Made by a program: the position numbers and the translations under genes. Of a stretch of 64,000 nt of DNA, positions 8,950 through 19,056 are shown one piece after another. The stretch is taken from assembly GCA_963719635.1 (NCBI GenBank), contig CAVRCS010000004.1, positions 557,908 through 621,907 on the forward strand. Direction: 5' to 3'. Within the stretch, counting starts at the first letter, position 1; every line of letters begins with the position of its first letter. The notes under the pieces were generated by a model that had not been told where the DNA came from, made no database searches, and saw nothing but the letters and a program-made list of their open reading frames with translations. Source of the DNA: an uncultured Thermoplasmata archaeon. GTDB lineage: Archaea > Thermoplasmatota > Thermoplasmata > Lutacidiplasmatales > UBA184.

Positions 8950-11569
8950 CTAGCTCAGCTCCAGGGCGACGCTCCCGTTGCGGTTGAGCACCGCGACCGT
9001 GCCGTGCGAGGGGGTGATCGTCCCGTGGCCGTGGATCACGGCGTCGGTGTAGGCGTAGCTGCCGGGGACTTCGTAGAACGTGAGCGAGCTGCCCGACGTC
9101 GTTTCGGTGACGCCGTTGACGGTCACCGACCACTGGACGCCGCCGCCGTGGCTCAGCGAGAACGTCACCGTGTAAGCGGTGATGGGCAACGGGAACGCGT
9201 CGCCGCCGGTGGCGATGTAGCCGTACTCGTCGTACGGCAGCGGGCTGCCCGGAACATAGTCGCCCCAGGAGTTTCCGCCCTGCCAGGACGATGGGACTAT
9301 CGTCCCGGTGAGGGCGAAGCCGTCGACGGTGTTCACGTACGAGCGCGGCTCGACCATCGGGAGGTTCCAGCTCTCCGCGTTCGTCTGCCCGAACCCGTAG
9401 AAGAAGTTCTCATCCGGGACGAAGGCGGTGATCGAGGTGTCGACCTTGTTGTTGTAGATCAAATCGCCGCTCTCGAACGCGAAGAGGGCGATCGGGGGGC
9501 CGTTCGCCCCGCCGCTCCCCGGGTACATCGTCGGGCTGAGGACCGTGCTGTTGACGAACGTGTTCCCCCAGACGACATTCCCCGTGGGCGCGGACGGCTC
9601 GAGACCCGCGAGCAGCAGCGAGCTGCCCTGGCTGACGAACGTGCTGTCGCCGATGAGGTCGTTCGTGCCGCCCCACACGACGACGTTCGACAGAGGGAGG
9701 AGTCCAGTCGGACCGTAATCCTGGAAGAAGAACCAGCCGGTGATGCCGCGCGCGCCCCAGATCGCCACGTTGGAGGCGTTGAACAGTTCGAACTGCAGGT
9801 TGTTCGTCGTCGGGAGGCCGTTCGCCAGGTTCCGCGCCGCCTCGTCGCTCGCGTAGGTGAACCCAAGCAGCGTCGGGTTCTGTAGCGTCACGTGCGCCGT
9901 CGTCCCGGCGAGAAGCACGCCGGCGAAGACCGGGAAGAAGTAGTCGTTGTACTCGTCGAACGCCGAGTTGATCCCTCCCTTTGCAGGGTTGTTGTCGAGC
10001 AAGTACGGGTGCGACGCCGTGCCGAACCCGCCGGAGGAGATCGCCGCCAGCTGGCCGTTGTTCCACGCGTCCAGCGGGGTGTAGACCCCTTCGGACGGGT
10101 TGTGAGCGAGGACGAGGTGCAGGGTCACGGTCGAGCCGGCGTGGACGGTGACGGTCGTCTGGACCGGCGTGTAGTCGCTGAGCATCGCGTCGATCGTGTA
10201 CGTCCCCGGCGGCATCAGGTAGTGGACGCTGGAGGCGGTCTGGGTCGGCGCCCACGCCGCGGTGTTCGGGTTGAACGCGGTGCCGGGCGTGAAGAATACG
10301 AACGCGTTGGACGGCGACAGCGCCCCCGAGAACGTCGCGTGGCCGAGGTTGCCCCCCGGCGTCGCGTTCCAGAGCGGGGCCGGGATCGAGGGACCTGCGC
10401 TGAGCGCGACGGTACCGGGGACCGAGTACGTCTCGGCGATCCCCTCGGAGCTCTCCCCGGTGTCGGTGCCGACGTTCCAGGCAGACGGGGGGTTGACGTA
10501 CCCGGCCCAGCCCGGCGTTCCAGTACCTGGAGCTTCTCCGAGCCGCTGAGCCCGTAGATCGACGTCGTGGTGCCGCCGCCCGGCCCGCCGATCATGATCT
10601 CGGCGTCGTAGAGCAGGAAGCCGGTCGGCGTCACCTGGGAGCCGTCCACGAGGAACGGCGACGCGGGGACGGAGCCGATCGGGGTGGTGGAGTTGAACAG
10701 GACGGTGTCGTAGACGCCGGCCGCCTCACTGTGGCCCGTCGCGGCGTTCACCACATCGAAGCCGAACCGGATCGTGGTGTAGCCGTAGCCGGTGCTGACC
10801 AGGTTGGTGGTGCTGGAGTTGAGGAAGAGGTGGACGGTCACCGGGAGCGACACCGGATCGTCGGGCCGAAGTCGTAGTAGAACTCGGGGTACACCGGTGT
10901 GCCGTTGCCGGAGTAGATCGTCCCCTGGGCGAGGGAAGTGGCCGGCGAGGAGAAGTTCCAGACGTTGTCGAGGAACGTGATCGAGCCAGGAACGAGGTTC
11001 CAGTAGAAGACGTTCTGCGTCCAGAACGAATCGACGGCGCTGTCGCCGACGGTCGTATTATTGGTGACAGCGTTGAGCTGGACCCCGAACGTGTTGTTCG
11101 ACCCGGTGGTCGACAGCGCCCCGTCGTTGTCCATCCAGAACGAGTTGACGCTGTTGATGGTGATCGTCCCCTCCCAGCTTGAGCTGCGGAGAGTGTACGG
11201 GACGGGCGTGCCGGTCGTGTTGGAGACGCCCCACGTCCCGATCCCCATCGGCGCTGGGGCGATCGGGGTGAGCGGGGAGACGACCCCGTTCGAGACCTTC
11301 TCCTGCGCGAGGAGGTTGGGGAGCGAGACCGCGGCGCGGGGGATGTGATCGGACTGGGTGAGCGCGAGGATCTGCTGCTCCTCCGCCGACCGCGCGGAGA
11401 GCGACGGTGCGCGAGCGAGCGAGGCGGCGGCGTCCGACGACCCGCTGTGGCCCGCGTGCACGGCCTCTCCGACGAGGCCGCCGACGCGGGGACCGAGCAG
11501 TCCGACGCCCAACGAAAGTACGGTCAGCGCGGCGATCGCGACAGCCAAAACTATGGCGCGGCTCGACAT
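8950..11569 (-). pseudogene. Thermopsin-family surface protein paralog, interrupted by two frame changes
   Basis: Three consecutive minus-strand ORFs in three different frames (10838..11569, 10215..10853 and 8950..10215 with an open extension up to ~10540). Together they are collinear with the intact paralog 1158..4910 (APAPMGIGTWGV, FGVQLNAV, FWTQNVFYWN, FLDNVWNF, FYYDFGPT | LLYDAEIMIGGPGGG | PSAWNVGTDTGE). The total span of 2620 nt is not a multiple of 3. Confidence 0.7.
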
Positions 11570-11593
11570 GGCTCGGGTCGTACAACCGGCTGG

Positions 11594-11599
11594 TTTATA
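11594..11599 (+). promoter_or_regulatory. TATA-like box (TTTATA) 21 nt upstream of GTG 11621
   Basis: Isolated AT hexamer in a >70% GC background, at the spacing expected for an archaeal leaderless transcript. Confidence 0.4.
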
Positions 11600-11620
11600 G
11601 GCTTGAAAAGGGAAGCTCCC

Positions 11621-12386
11621 GTGCCCACGCGCGGCGCATGGGAGCGCTCCCGGCGCGCTGTGCTGGAGGTACGGCTACGCAGGCATCGGACGGAGCCGGC
11701 GGCGGAGGGCGTGGCTCTCGTGGAGCAGCGGCAAAGACGCAGCCTACTCGCTCGCGACCGTCCGGCGGGAAGGGACGGTCGACGTCGTCGGGCTGCTGAC
11801 GGTCGTGAGCGACCCGTTCGACCGCGTGTCGATGCACGGCGTCCGGGAAGAGCTGCTGGAGGCGCAGGCGGACGCCGTCGGCCTCCCGCTCCATACGGTC
11901 CGGATCCCGTATCCGTGCCCGAACGAGACGTACGAGCGGGCGATGGCGGCAGCCCTGGAGACCGCCGTGGCCGAAGGCGTGCGGGACGTTGTCTTCGGCG
12001 ACCTCTTCCTCAACGATGTCCGCGCCTACCGCGAGGACCGGCTCCGGCCGCTCGGCTTCCGGGCCCACTTTCCGCTCTGGGGCCGTCCGACCGGGGCGCT
12101 CGCGCGGGAGATGGTCCGTGCCGGAGTGCAGGCGACGATCTGCTGTTTGGACCCCCGCAAGCTGCCGCGGCGGTTCGCGGGCCGGCGGCTCGACGACGCC
12201 CTGCTGGACGAGCTTCCGCCGGAGGTAGACCCGTGCGGAGAGCGCGGTGAGTTCCACACGTTCGTGAGCGGCGGACCGGGGTTCGCCCGTCCCTTGGCCG
12301 TGCGGACCGGCGAGACGGTGGAGCGGGACGGGTTTGTCTTCACCGACCTGCTTGCGGCCGGAACGGCGGCGGCACCGCCGGCCTAG
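11621..12386 (+). CDS. PP-loop ATP pyrophosphatase of the Dph6 / MJ0570 (diphthine-ammonia ligase-like) family; frame-disrupted near the PP-loop
   Basis: The frame of ORF 11805..12386 extends upstream through WSSGKDAAYSL (an SGGKDS-type PP-loop) but has no ATG/GTG/TTG there. The neighbouring frame encodes GVALV immediately before the motif and has GTG starts at 11621 and 11660. The downstream sequence EFHTFV is typical of the family. The start is uncertain. Confidence 0.6.
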
Positions 12387-13323
12387 CGCCCGACCGGCGG
12401 ACTCGGCCCCTCGACCGTGGCGGCGAGAGCTTCGACAACCGCGTCGTCGTCGTTCGGCATCGGGACACGGTGGTAGTCGATCCCGTGGGCTTCCGCGAAC
12501 TCCCGGACGACCACGTCCAGGTCGTACAGGACCTCGAGGTGGTCGAAGACGAAGCCGAACGACGCCACGAGTTGGCTCCGCGCGCCCCGCTGCCGCCAAT
12601 CGAGCATCACGTCGTTGATGTCCGGCCCGAGCCACGCCTCGGTCGTGTTCCCCGCGCTCTGGTAGGTGAACGCCCAACGGGCGAGGTTCGCCGCACCGGC
12701 GATCGCCTCCGAGGTCTCGCGCAGCAGCGTCGGGTACGGGTCCCCCCGGTCGGCCATCCGCTGCGGCAGGCTGTGGGCGCTGAGAAGGACCGCCAGGTTC
12801 GGGTCGTCTAGGCGGCGGAGCTCGGCCGGGATCGCGTTGGCCCAGTATCCGATCCAGTGCGGGTCGAGGTGCCAGTCGAGTCGGAGGTCGACCTCCACGC
12901 GCGACCCTGCGGCCCGCTGGCCCTCCGCGACGCCCTCCCCGTACGGCTCGCCGATCCAGAGCGACGGGTAGGGGGTCGTCGCGACGGCGACCAGGCGCCG
13001 AACGCCGAGACGGGCCGCCTCCGGGATCACGTCGCGGATCGCGGGGTGCCCGTGCTTCACCCCGAGGAAGACCCGGCACCCGGCGTCGTGCGCGCGAGGC
13101 GTCGCTCCAGCTTCTCGCGGAGCGACGCGAGGATCTTCGGTTGCGGCGAGCCGCCGATCCGGTCGTACCGCCGCCGATACTCCGCGACCGTCTCCGCGGA
13201 GGGTGCCTTCCCGTGCATCACCTCGCCCAGGTACGCTTCCAGCTCGTCTCCGGAGCCGGGGCTGCCGTAGCCCATCAGCAGCACGCCGGAGTCGCCCTCG
13301 GTCGCCGACGGCCGTGAGGTCAT
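12383..13323 (-). CDS. hemH: Ferrochelatase (possibly coproporphyrin ferrochelatase); frame-disrupted near 13090
   Basis: The N-terminal part lies in ORF 13057..13581 (MTSRP...GVLLMGYGSPG). The C-terminal part lies in ORF 12383..13060 (LLSAHSLP with the His ligand, FVFDHLEVLYDLD). The alternate frame reads AHDAGCRVFLGVKHG across the junction. The 941-nt span is not a multiple of 3. Confidence 0.8.
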
Positions 13324-14353
13324 TGCGTGGACTCCGCGGCCCGGTGGACGAACTCGACGAGCTCGGCGACGCGGGCGGGGTCGGTCTCGGGGAGGACGCC
13401 GTGGCCTAAATTGAAGACGTGCGCACGACGGTCGGGATCTCTTGGAGGACCCGCCGCGCCTCGGCGCGGACGACCTCGGGGCCCGCGAGCAGGACCGCCG
13501 GGTCCAGGTTCCCCTGGAGCGCGAGGTGCGGTCCGACGCGGCGCCGGACGGCCCCGAGCGGCTCGCAGGCGTCGACCCCAAGGGCGTCGGCCCCGGTCCG
13601 CGCGAGGAGCTCGAGCAGCTGGGACGAGCCGGTGGAGAAGTAGATCGTCGGTCGGTGGAGAGGGCGGAGCGCGTCGAAGATCCGCTGCAGCGGGGCGAGG
13701 AGGTGGCGTTCGAACGGACCCGGGCCGAGGGCGCCGACCCAGGTGTCGAACAGCTGCAGTGCGGCCGCGCCCGCAGCGACCTGAAGCCGCAGGTAGTCGA
13801 TCGTCATCTCCGCGAGGCGGTCGATCAGCCGGTCGAACGTGCCGGGGTCGCGGTACAGCAGGCGCTTCGTCTCGACGAGCTCGCGGGAAGCGCGGCCCTC
13901 GATGAGGTACGACGCGAGCGTGAACGGCGCGCCGGCGAACCCGACGATCGGCCGGTCGTGCTCTTGCTCGAGGAACCGTTCGATCGCCCGGCCGACGTAC
14001 GGGACGTCGCGCGCCGCCGAGAACTCCGCCAGCCCGTCGACGTCGGCCCGGGTCCGCAGCGGCCGGGGAACGACGGGCCCCGTGCCGGGGTCGATCGAGA
14101 ACTCTACCCCCAGTCCCTCGAACGGGAGCGTGATGTCGGCGAAGACGACGGCGGCGTCGACGTCGTAGCGACGCAGCGGCTCGAGCGTCACCTCCGCCGC
14201 CAGCTCCGGGCTCCGGGCGATCTCCAGGATCGGGTGCTGGGCGCGGAGCGCTCGGTACCCCGGGAGATGGCGTCCGGCCTGACGCATCAGCCAAACCGGG
14301 GTCCGTTCGGGGACCTCGCCCCGCAGCGCCCGGAGGAGGTACGGCCGGGTCAT
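13320..14353 (-). CDS. hemE: Uroporphyrinogen decarboxylase; frame-disrupted near 13430
   Basis: PVWLMRQAGRHLPGY signature. The conserved C-terminal HVFNLGHGVLPETDP lies in the frame of ORF 13320..14294. Its TGA overlaps the hemH ATG (ATGA). Confidence 0.85.
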
Positions 14354-15660
14354 CGTCGCCGGCCGTTCGCCGCAGCGCGCATCGCGCGTCGGAACACCGG
14401 GGCCGTGCGGTCGAGGTCGGCCGGCCGCACCGCCGCCGAGACGAACGTCGTCTCTAGCGGGGACGGTGGAAGGTAGACGCCGCCGTCAAGCGCGGCGTGA
14501 AAGTACCGGGCGTACCGCCGGCGGTCCGAACGGGAGGCGTCCGCCTCGTCCTCGACAGGGCCGTCCGTGAAGAACGTCCCCACCATCGAGCCGGCCCGCT
14601 GGACCGTAAACGGGCCGGCGCGTTCCTGCTCTGCCTCCGACCGCAACGTCTCCTCCAACTGCGCCGCGGTGTGCTCGAGGGCCCGGTACGTCCGTGCGCT
14701 CAGCGCGTCCAGCGTCGCCGCGCCGGCGGCCATCGCCACCGGATTGCCGGAGAGGGTGCCGGCCTGATAGACGGGCCCCACCGGCGCCAGCTGCTCGAGG
14801 AGTTTCGCCCGGCCGCCGTAGGCGCCGACGGGCAGCCCGCCCCCGATGACCTTCGCGAGCGTGACGAGGTCGGCGTCCAGGCCCAGCTGGCGGTGGATCG
14901 TCCCGAGGCGCAGCCGAAAGCCGGTGATCACTTCGTCGGCGATCACCAGAGCGCCGTGCCGGTGGGCGACGGTTCCCACCGTCCTCAGGAACCCCGGCTT
15001 CGGTGGGACCACCCCCATGTTCCCGGGGACCGGTTCGACGAGGACCGCAGCGATGCGGCGACCCTCCCGCTCGAAGAGCCGCGCGAGGGCCTCCCCGTCG
15101 TTGAACGGAACGACCCGCGTGAGCGCGGCGACCGGTCCCGGAACTCCCGCCGACTCCGGGAGCCCGAGCGTCGACACGCCGGAGCCGGCCCGCGCGAGCA
15201 GGCCGTCCGAGTGGCCGTGGTAGCCGCCGGCGAACTTCACGACGAGGTCGCGCCCGGTTGCCCCGCGCGCGAGCCGAACGGCGCTCATCACCGCCTCCGT
15301 TCCGGAGCTGACGAACCGGATCCGCTCGAGCTCCGGACACCGGCGGCGGATCCGCTCCGCCAACTCGTGCTCCCGGGGCGACGGTGCGCCGAACGTGAGG
15401 CCGTCCCGGCTGGCGGCGCGGACGGCCCGGACGACCGTCGGGGGTGCGTGGCCGAGCAGCGCCGCCCCCCACGACCCGACCAGGTCGAGGTACCGACGGC
15501 CGTCCACGTCCTCGAGGAACGCCCCGCGGCCCCGCGCAAAGAAGACCGGCGTGCCGCCGACCGCGCGGAACGACCGGACCGGACTGTCGACGCCGCCGGG
15601 CAGGACCCGAACGGCCCGGCGCCAGGCGGCGCGCGACGCCGGCCCGGGGGCCCGTTTCAC
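14350..15660 (-). CDS. hemL: Glutamate-1-semialdehyde 2,1-aminomutase
   Basis: C-terminal 436 aa of ORF 14350..16527, from GTG 15660. Contains LPGGVDSPVRSF and the PLP-lysine context DLVTLAKVIGGGLP. Confidence 0.9.
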   Translation of the reverse strand: MKRAPGPASRAAWRRAVRVLPGGVDSPVRSFRAVGGTPVFFARGRGAFLEDVDGRRYLDLVGSWGAALLGHAPPTVVRAVRAASRDGLTFGAPSPREHELAERIRRRCPELERIRFVSSGTEAVMSAVRLARGATGRDLVVKFAGGYHGHSDGLLARAGSGVSTLGLPESAGVPGPVAALTRVVPFNDGEALARLFEREGRRIAAVLVEPVPGNMGVVPPKPGFLRTVGTVAHRHGALVIADEVITGFRLRLGTIHRQLGLDADLVTLAKVIGGGLPVGAYGGRAKLLEQLAPVGPVYQAGTLSGNPVAMAAGAATLDALSARTYRALEHTAAQLEETLRSEAEQERAGPFTVQRAGSMVGTFFTDGPVEDEADASRSDRRRYARYFHAALDGGVYLPPSPLETTFVSAAVRPADLDRTAPVFRRAMRAAANGRRR

Positions 15661-16377
15661 GGGATCCCTTCGGCCAGCTCGAGCGCGCGGGCCGGAGGAC
15701 TGAGGGCGCAGGTGAAGATCGGGGTCTCGAGCTGCGTGTAGCGGCTCGCCTCGGAGGGTCGCAGGTCGTGGACGAGGTCGAGGAATTCGGCCGCGGTCCG
15801 CTTCGAAGGCGAGGATGAACTCCGCGTCGTCCAGCCCGAACGAGTAGCCGGTGTGGATCTCCACGTCCGGGTACTTGTGTCCGATGCGCAGGTGTTCTCC
15901 CATGATGCGTCGGCGCTCCTCGAACGGGAGGCCGTACCACTCCCGCTTCTTCGTGAACGGGTAGACGAAGACGTACGGCCGGCCGCTCGCCTCGCGGCGG
16001 CCGGAGGAGCCCTCCCCGCCGACGGCGTGCGGGCCGACGTACTCGGAGATCCGGCCCATGCCCAGGTACGAGTGGCGGACGTCCAAGTATCCGCCCAGCG
16101 GGGAGCCCGCGATCTTCGCGTGCAGGATCGTGATCGGCTCGAGCTCGGAGGAGATCGACCAGACGAGCAGGTCGGCGTCCCCCTTCAGCCCGACGAGCGT
16201 GTACGTCCGCACGCGGACACCGGCCGGCGGATGGCTCAGGAGCTCGGCGAGGGCCGCCCGGCCCCGGCTCCGCTCGTCGAGCGGGAGCCTGCGCCACTCC
16301 GGACGGAGCTGATAGAACGTGTACTTCACGAAGTCCCGCGGCCCCTCGGAGTCGGGACCGTGCCGTGCGCCGCTCAC
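15657..16377 (-). CDS. hemQ: Chlorite-dismutase-like coproheme decarboxylase family protein (HemQ/ChdC-like); frame-disrupted near 15790
   Basis: KYTFYQL and YVFVYPFTKKREWYGLPFEERRRIMGEH. After AFEADR the sequence continues in another frame as AEFLDLVHDLRPSEASRYTQLETPIFTCALS...EGIP*. The GTG start overlaps the hemB stop, and its own stop overlaps the hemL GTG. Confidence 0.8.
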
Positions 16378-17393
16378 GCCGCCTCCCGGAGCCAGCGGGC
16401 GACGTCCCGGGCGTAGTAGCTGACGATCAGGTCCGCCCCCGCGCGTCGTATCGCTGTCAGGGTCTCGAGCACCGCGGCCCGTTCGTCGAACGCTCCCTGC
16501 CGCGCTCCGGCGTTCAGCATCGCGCACTCCCCGCTCACCTGGTAGGCGGCGAGCGGGACGTCGAACCGTCGGCGCGCACGGGCGAGCAGGTCGAGGCTCG
16601 TGAGCGCCGGTTTGACCATGAGGATGTCCGCCCCCTCCTCGGCGTCGAGCCGCATCTCCCGCATCGCCTCGCGGGCGTTGCGCGGGTCCATCTGGTACGT
16701 CGCCCGGTCCCCGAACGCCGGGGAGGAAGCTTCGGCGTCACGGAACGGCCCGTAGAGGGCGGACGCGTGCTTGGAGGCGTACGCGAGGATCGCGGTCGCA
16801 GAGGAGCCTGCGTCGTCCAGCGCGGCGCGGACCGCCGCGACCTGCCCGTCCATCATCGCGCTGGGTGCCACCACGTCGGCTCCCGCCTCGGCGTGGGCCG
16901 ACGCGACGCGGCCGAGGAGGGGAGTCGACGCGTCGTTGTCGACCTCGCCTCCCGCGACGGCGCCACAATGGCCGTGGGAGGTGTAGGCGCACAGACAGAC
17001 GTCGGTGACGACGATCAGCTCCGGCGCGGCCCGCTTCATCGCGCGGACCGCGAGCGCCACGGCTCCCCGGGGGGACCACGCCTCGGTGCCCACCGCGTCC
17101 TTGCGGCCGGCGGCGCCGAAGAGGAGCACCGCACGAACGCCTCCGTCGTAAAGGCCGCGAGCCAGCCGACCGACCGAGCCGACAGACTCCCAGGCGGCTC
17201 CCGGGATCGACCGAATCGGTTCGGGTCTACCGTTGCCGGGGCGAACGAAGACGGGGAGCACCAAGCGCCGGGCCTCGACGGACGTCTCGGCGACCCAGTC
17301 GCGCAGGGCGCCGGAGCGTCGGAGGCGCCGGGGTCGAACCCGAAGGGGCGCCCCACGGGAGCCGCCAGGGCGCGAGGGCCTACGGGCGGGCAT
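16374..17393 (-). CDS. hemB: Porphobilinogen synthase (delta-aminolevulinate dehydratase)
   Basis: Cys-rich metal site DVCLCAYTSHGHCG, Schiff-base lysine context ILMVKPAL, and YQVSGE. Confidence 0.9.
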   Translation of the reverse strand: MPARRPSRPGGSRGAPLRVRPRRLRRSGALRDWVAETSVEARRLVLPVFVRPGNGRPEPIRSIPGAAWESVGSVGRLARGLYDGGVRAVLLFGAAGRKDAVGTEAWSPRGAVALAVRAMKRAAPELIVVTDVCLCAYTSHGHCGAVAGGEVDNDASTPLLGRVASAHAEAGADVVAPSAMMDGQVAAVRAALDDAGSSATAILAYASKHASALYGPFRDAEASSPAFGDRATYQMDPRNAREAMREMRLDAEEGADILMVKPALTSLDLLARARRRFDVPLAAYQVSGECAMLNAGARQGAFDERAAVLETLTAIRRAGADLIVSYYARDVARWLREAA

Positions 17394-18141
17394 AGTTCAC
17401 GGCCCGGACGAGGTGACCGACTAAGCGTTGCGGGTCGGTACTTCGTGCCACCACGACCGTACGAAAGCCGGCACGGCGGGCGGCTCCCGCGCTTCGAGGG
17501 CCCAGCACCACGACCGGGACTTCCCCGCCCAGTGCCTTGAGCCGCAGGGGCCCGAGCCCCTCCCGGAGTGCCCCGAGCGCGGAAGGGCTCGTCACCAGGA
17601 GCGCTGCCGCCCCCGAAAGAGGAACCCGTCGCGCACGGAGAGCGGCCGGTCGTGTGCGGGTGCGGTATGCGACGATATCCACGACCGTATGGCCTCGTTG
17701 CCGGAGCGTCCGAGCGAGCTCCGTCCCCGCGAGGTCGGAGCGGAAGTAAACCAGCCTCCGCCGGGGCCCGGGGCCCAACCGTGCCGTGATCCCCGCGGCT
17801 CCCAGCTCCCGGCTCCCCCGGTGGACCCGGACCCCGAACCCGGCGAGAAGCCGAGCACTCCCCGGCCCTGCCGTCCAGACTTCCGGCGGGCCGTGGTTCG
17901 CGGCGAAGCGAAGCCAGTATCGAAACGCCGGCCCCACAGCCTGCCGGCTGGTCACGATCGCCGAGCCGTTCGCGGCCGTGGCGAGCCTCCGACGGAGCGC
18001 AGCGTCTAACGGGCGAGGTACTGCCTGAAGGACATCGACCCGGCGCAGCTCGACTCCCCGGGCACGGGCCGCTGCTCTCAGTCCCGGTAGTGCATCCCGG
18101 GAGGAGAGGAGGTAGACGGTGCGCCGACGGCCCCGCGCCAT
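17380..18141 (-). CDS. hemD: Uroporphyrinogen-III synthase
   Basis: 253 aa, positioned between hemC and hemB. Two-lobed pattern with VTSRQAV and LLVTSPSA, typical of HemD. Sequence signal is weaker than for its neighbours. Confidence 0.7.
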   Translation of the reverse strand: MARGRRRTVYLLSSRDALPGLRAAARARGVELRRVDVLQAVPRPLDAALRRRLATAANGSAIVTSRQAVGPAFRYWLRFAANHGPPEVWTAGPGSARLLAGFGVRVHRGSRELGAAGITARLGPGPRRRLVYFRSDLAGTELARTLRQRGHTVVDIVAYRTRTRPAALRARRVPLSGAAALLVTSPSALGALREGLGPLRLKALGGEVPVVVLGPRSAGAARRAGFRTVVVARSTDPQRLVGHLVRAVNYARP

Positions 18142-18147
18142 GTGCTC

Positions 18148-19056
18148 CTACCGCGGACTTCCCGAAAGAAGGGTGGCCGCCCCCAGTCGCAGCAGCGACC
18201 GTCCCAGCCGGGCACCGAGCGACGCAGCCCGGCCAGGCGGCCCGGCATCGCTCCCGCGCAGGCGGACCCGCCCGTCCGGAGAAAGTACCTCGCCCGTGAT
18301 CCGGATGCCCCGGGAACTGGCTCGGGCGAGCGCGGCGAGCGGCGTTCGGCAGTCCCCCCCCAGCGCGAGGGCGAACGAGCGCTCGGCGGTCACGGCCGCA
18401 TGGGTCGGACCGTGGTCCACGACCCGGAGGAGCCGTCGAAGTCGCCGGTCCCTGGACGACGCGACGAGCGCGAGCGCTCCCTGGGCCGGCGCCGGGAGGA
18501 ACTCGCTCAACGGGAGGGCGAGGCCGACCTCCTCCCCGCGGCCGAGTCGACGGACACCGGCGAGGGCGAGCGCCGCGGCGTCGAGCTTCCCTGCCCGGAC
18601 CTTCGCGATCCGACTGTCGACGTTGCCCCGCAGTTCTACCACCCGAAGGTCCGGCCTCCACCGCAACAACTGGGCCCGGCGCCGAAGGCTGCTGGAGCCG
18701 ACACGCGCCGCCGGCGGAAGGGCCGACGCAAAGCCGGGGCGTCGGACGACCAAGCAGTCCCGCGGGTCTGCCCGCCGGGGGCACGCGACCAGCTCGAGAC
18801 CATCCGCGAGCGTCAGCGGGAGGTCCTTTGCGCTGTGGACGGCCAGGTCGACCTCCCCGCGGAGGAGCGCCCGGTCGATCGCATCGGTAAAGTCGGGGGA
18901 GCCCCCGGGGGCGAGGTCGCGGTCCCCGGTAGTCACCAGGGGAACCGGCTCGAAGTCGATCCCGTGGTGACGGCGGGCGAGGACCCGGAGGACGAGCGTG
19001 GTCTGCGCGAGCGCGAGGGGGCTTCGCCGCGTCCCGACGCGGATGCGCGGGGTCAC
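18148..19056 (-). CDS. hemC: Hydroxymethylbilane synthase (porphobilinogen deaminase)
   Basis: RIRVGTRRSPLALAQT N-terminus and 302-aa length. GTG start in a GTGA overlap with the inferred hemA stop. Confidence 0.9.
   Translation of the reverse strand: MTPRIRVGTRRSPLALAQTTLVLRVLARRHHGIDFEPVPLVTTGDRDLAPGGSPDFTDAIDRALLRGEVDLAVHSAKDLPLTLADGLELVACPRRADPRDCLVVRRPGFASALPPAARVGSSSLRRRAQLLRWRPDLRVVELRGNVDSRIAKVRAGKLDAAALALAGVRRLGRGEEVGLALPLSEFLPAPAQGALALVASSRDRRLRRLLRVVDHGPTHAAVTAERSFALALGGDCRTPLAALARASSRGIRITGEVLSPDGRVRLRGSDAGPPGRAASLGARLGRSLLRLGAATLLSGSPR

Noticed and set aside
14350-16527. 725-aa ORF as a single HemQ-HemL fusion protein
   Set aside because: The 45 residues linking the two halves (GRIPRPRPRPATLRGEPLH...) are junk. 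The conserved HemQ C-terminus (EFLDLVHDLRPSEASRYTQLETPIF) sits in another frame and ends in a GTGA overlap with a hemL GTG. I therefore call two genes plus one indel.
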